A stretch of DNA of 64,000 nt. Origin: Gonapodya sp. JEL0774 (lineage: Eukaryota). Below the pieces are notes generated by a model. The model did not search any database, was not told the DNA's origin, and saw only the letters and a list, made by a program, of their open reading frames with translations. A program made the position numbers and the translations under genes. The DNA lies in the NCBI GenBank assembly GCA_027604505.1, contig JADIIX010000102.1, positions 1 to 64,000 of the forward strand. Direction: 5' to 3'. This document shows, one piece after another, positions 63,301-64,000 of this stretch (positions are counted from its first letter, which is position 1; each line of letters opens with the position of its first letter).

Positions 63301-64000
63301 TCTAACACGTGGCCTCTCACTGCCTACTTTCTTGGACCTCGCTGGCGTGATGACTTGAACCGAGACAACCCCCTTGGTATGAAAGGGGAGATTGCCGAAT
63401 CCTATGCTCGACTCGTGAGAGAGCTTTGGGCGGAACATGGTAAGCTGAGTTCTTCACAACGTGCCTCAGTGACTGCCACGACCTCGTCTTACTTTGGTGG
63501 CGGGGGGTCGTCGTACTGGTCGAGCTATACAAGAGCTGTGCGGCCTTCAGATTTCAAATCCGTGATGAGCAAGTTCAACTCGACATTCCAAGGATATCAC
63601 CAACATGACTCGCAGGAGCTCTTAGCGTCGCTTTTAGACGGCCTGCATGAGGACTTGAATCGAGTGCGACAAAAGCCGTATGTGACTTTACCTGACGATA
63701 TCTCAGAGAAGACCGATGAGGAGGCGGCAAGGATTAGCTGGGATGTATATAAAGCCAGGAATGATTCGGTTGTGGTGGATATGTTCCAAGGCCAGTTTAA
63801 AAGCAAGGTGACTTGCACTGTCTGTGAGGGTGTCAGCGTGACTTTCGACCCGTTTATGTACGTGGCAGTACCCGTTGTGGAAACGAAGGAAGAGACAAAG
63901 CGGATCATTGTCGTCGGTAAAGTGGGGAGAGGGAAGGATGCCTCAAGAGCCACGGAGGTCTCTATCACTGTGCCCAAGGACACGAGAATAAAGGTTCTGG
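60393..64000 (+). CDS. Ubiquitin-specific protease with DUSP domain (USP4/15/Ubp12-like), 3' truncated by the window
   Basis: DUSP (YLLSHRW...PPGVVDNS.LL...GVDFEVIS..GWEKLVGW), Cys box GLVNLGNTCFMNSSLQC, QHDSQELL..LLDGLHEDLNRV. Confidence 0.9.

Overview
Eukaryotic, intron-rich, gene-dense window, most likely from a flagellated early-diverging (zoosporic) fungus. This is inferred from a fungal-type gene set plus an ODF3/SHIPPO flagellar protein, a PACT-domain centrosomal protein and a TmcB/C-like protein. Positions 1-5100 are a decayed accessory region: the right end of a PIF/Harbinger (Tourist-like) MITE inserted into a degenerate TE-like ORF, plus pseudogene fragments. The rest holds about 19 genes, most of them spliced: CWC24, SelO-family AMPylase, UEV/MMS2, TmcB/C-like, CSN5, DNA pol alpha (POL1), CHY-zinc-finger protein, MFS (DAL5/ACS) transporter, PACT coiled-coil protein, ODF3-like, UBE2C, CCT5, TDG/MUG, MED7, MIS12, D-amino-acid oxidase, RAI1/DXO-like nuclease, OST4 and a DUSP-USP deubiquitinase truncated by the window end. 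The main unexplained pattern is in the long introns (200-510 nt, against a typical 50-110 nt). Those I examined in unrelated housekeeping genes share no obvious sequence but each appears to fold into compact nested or serial hairpins, and the outermost helix often closes just upstream of the branch point. Also notable is a peroxisomal DAO with an acidic insertion of about 420 aa. Exon boundaries and pairings were read by eye and need RNA-seq and folding computations.
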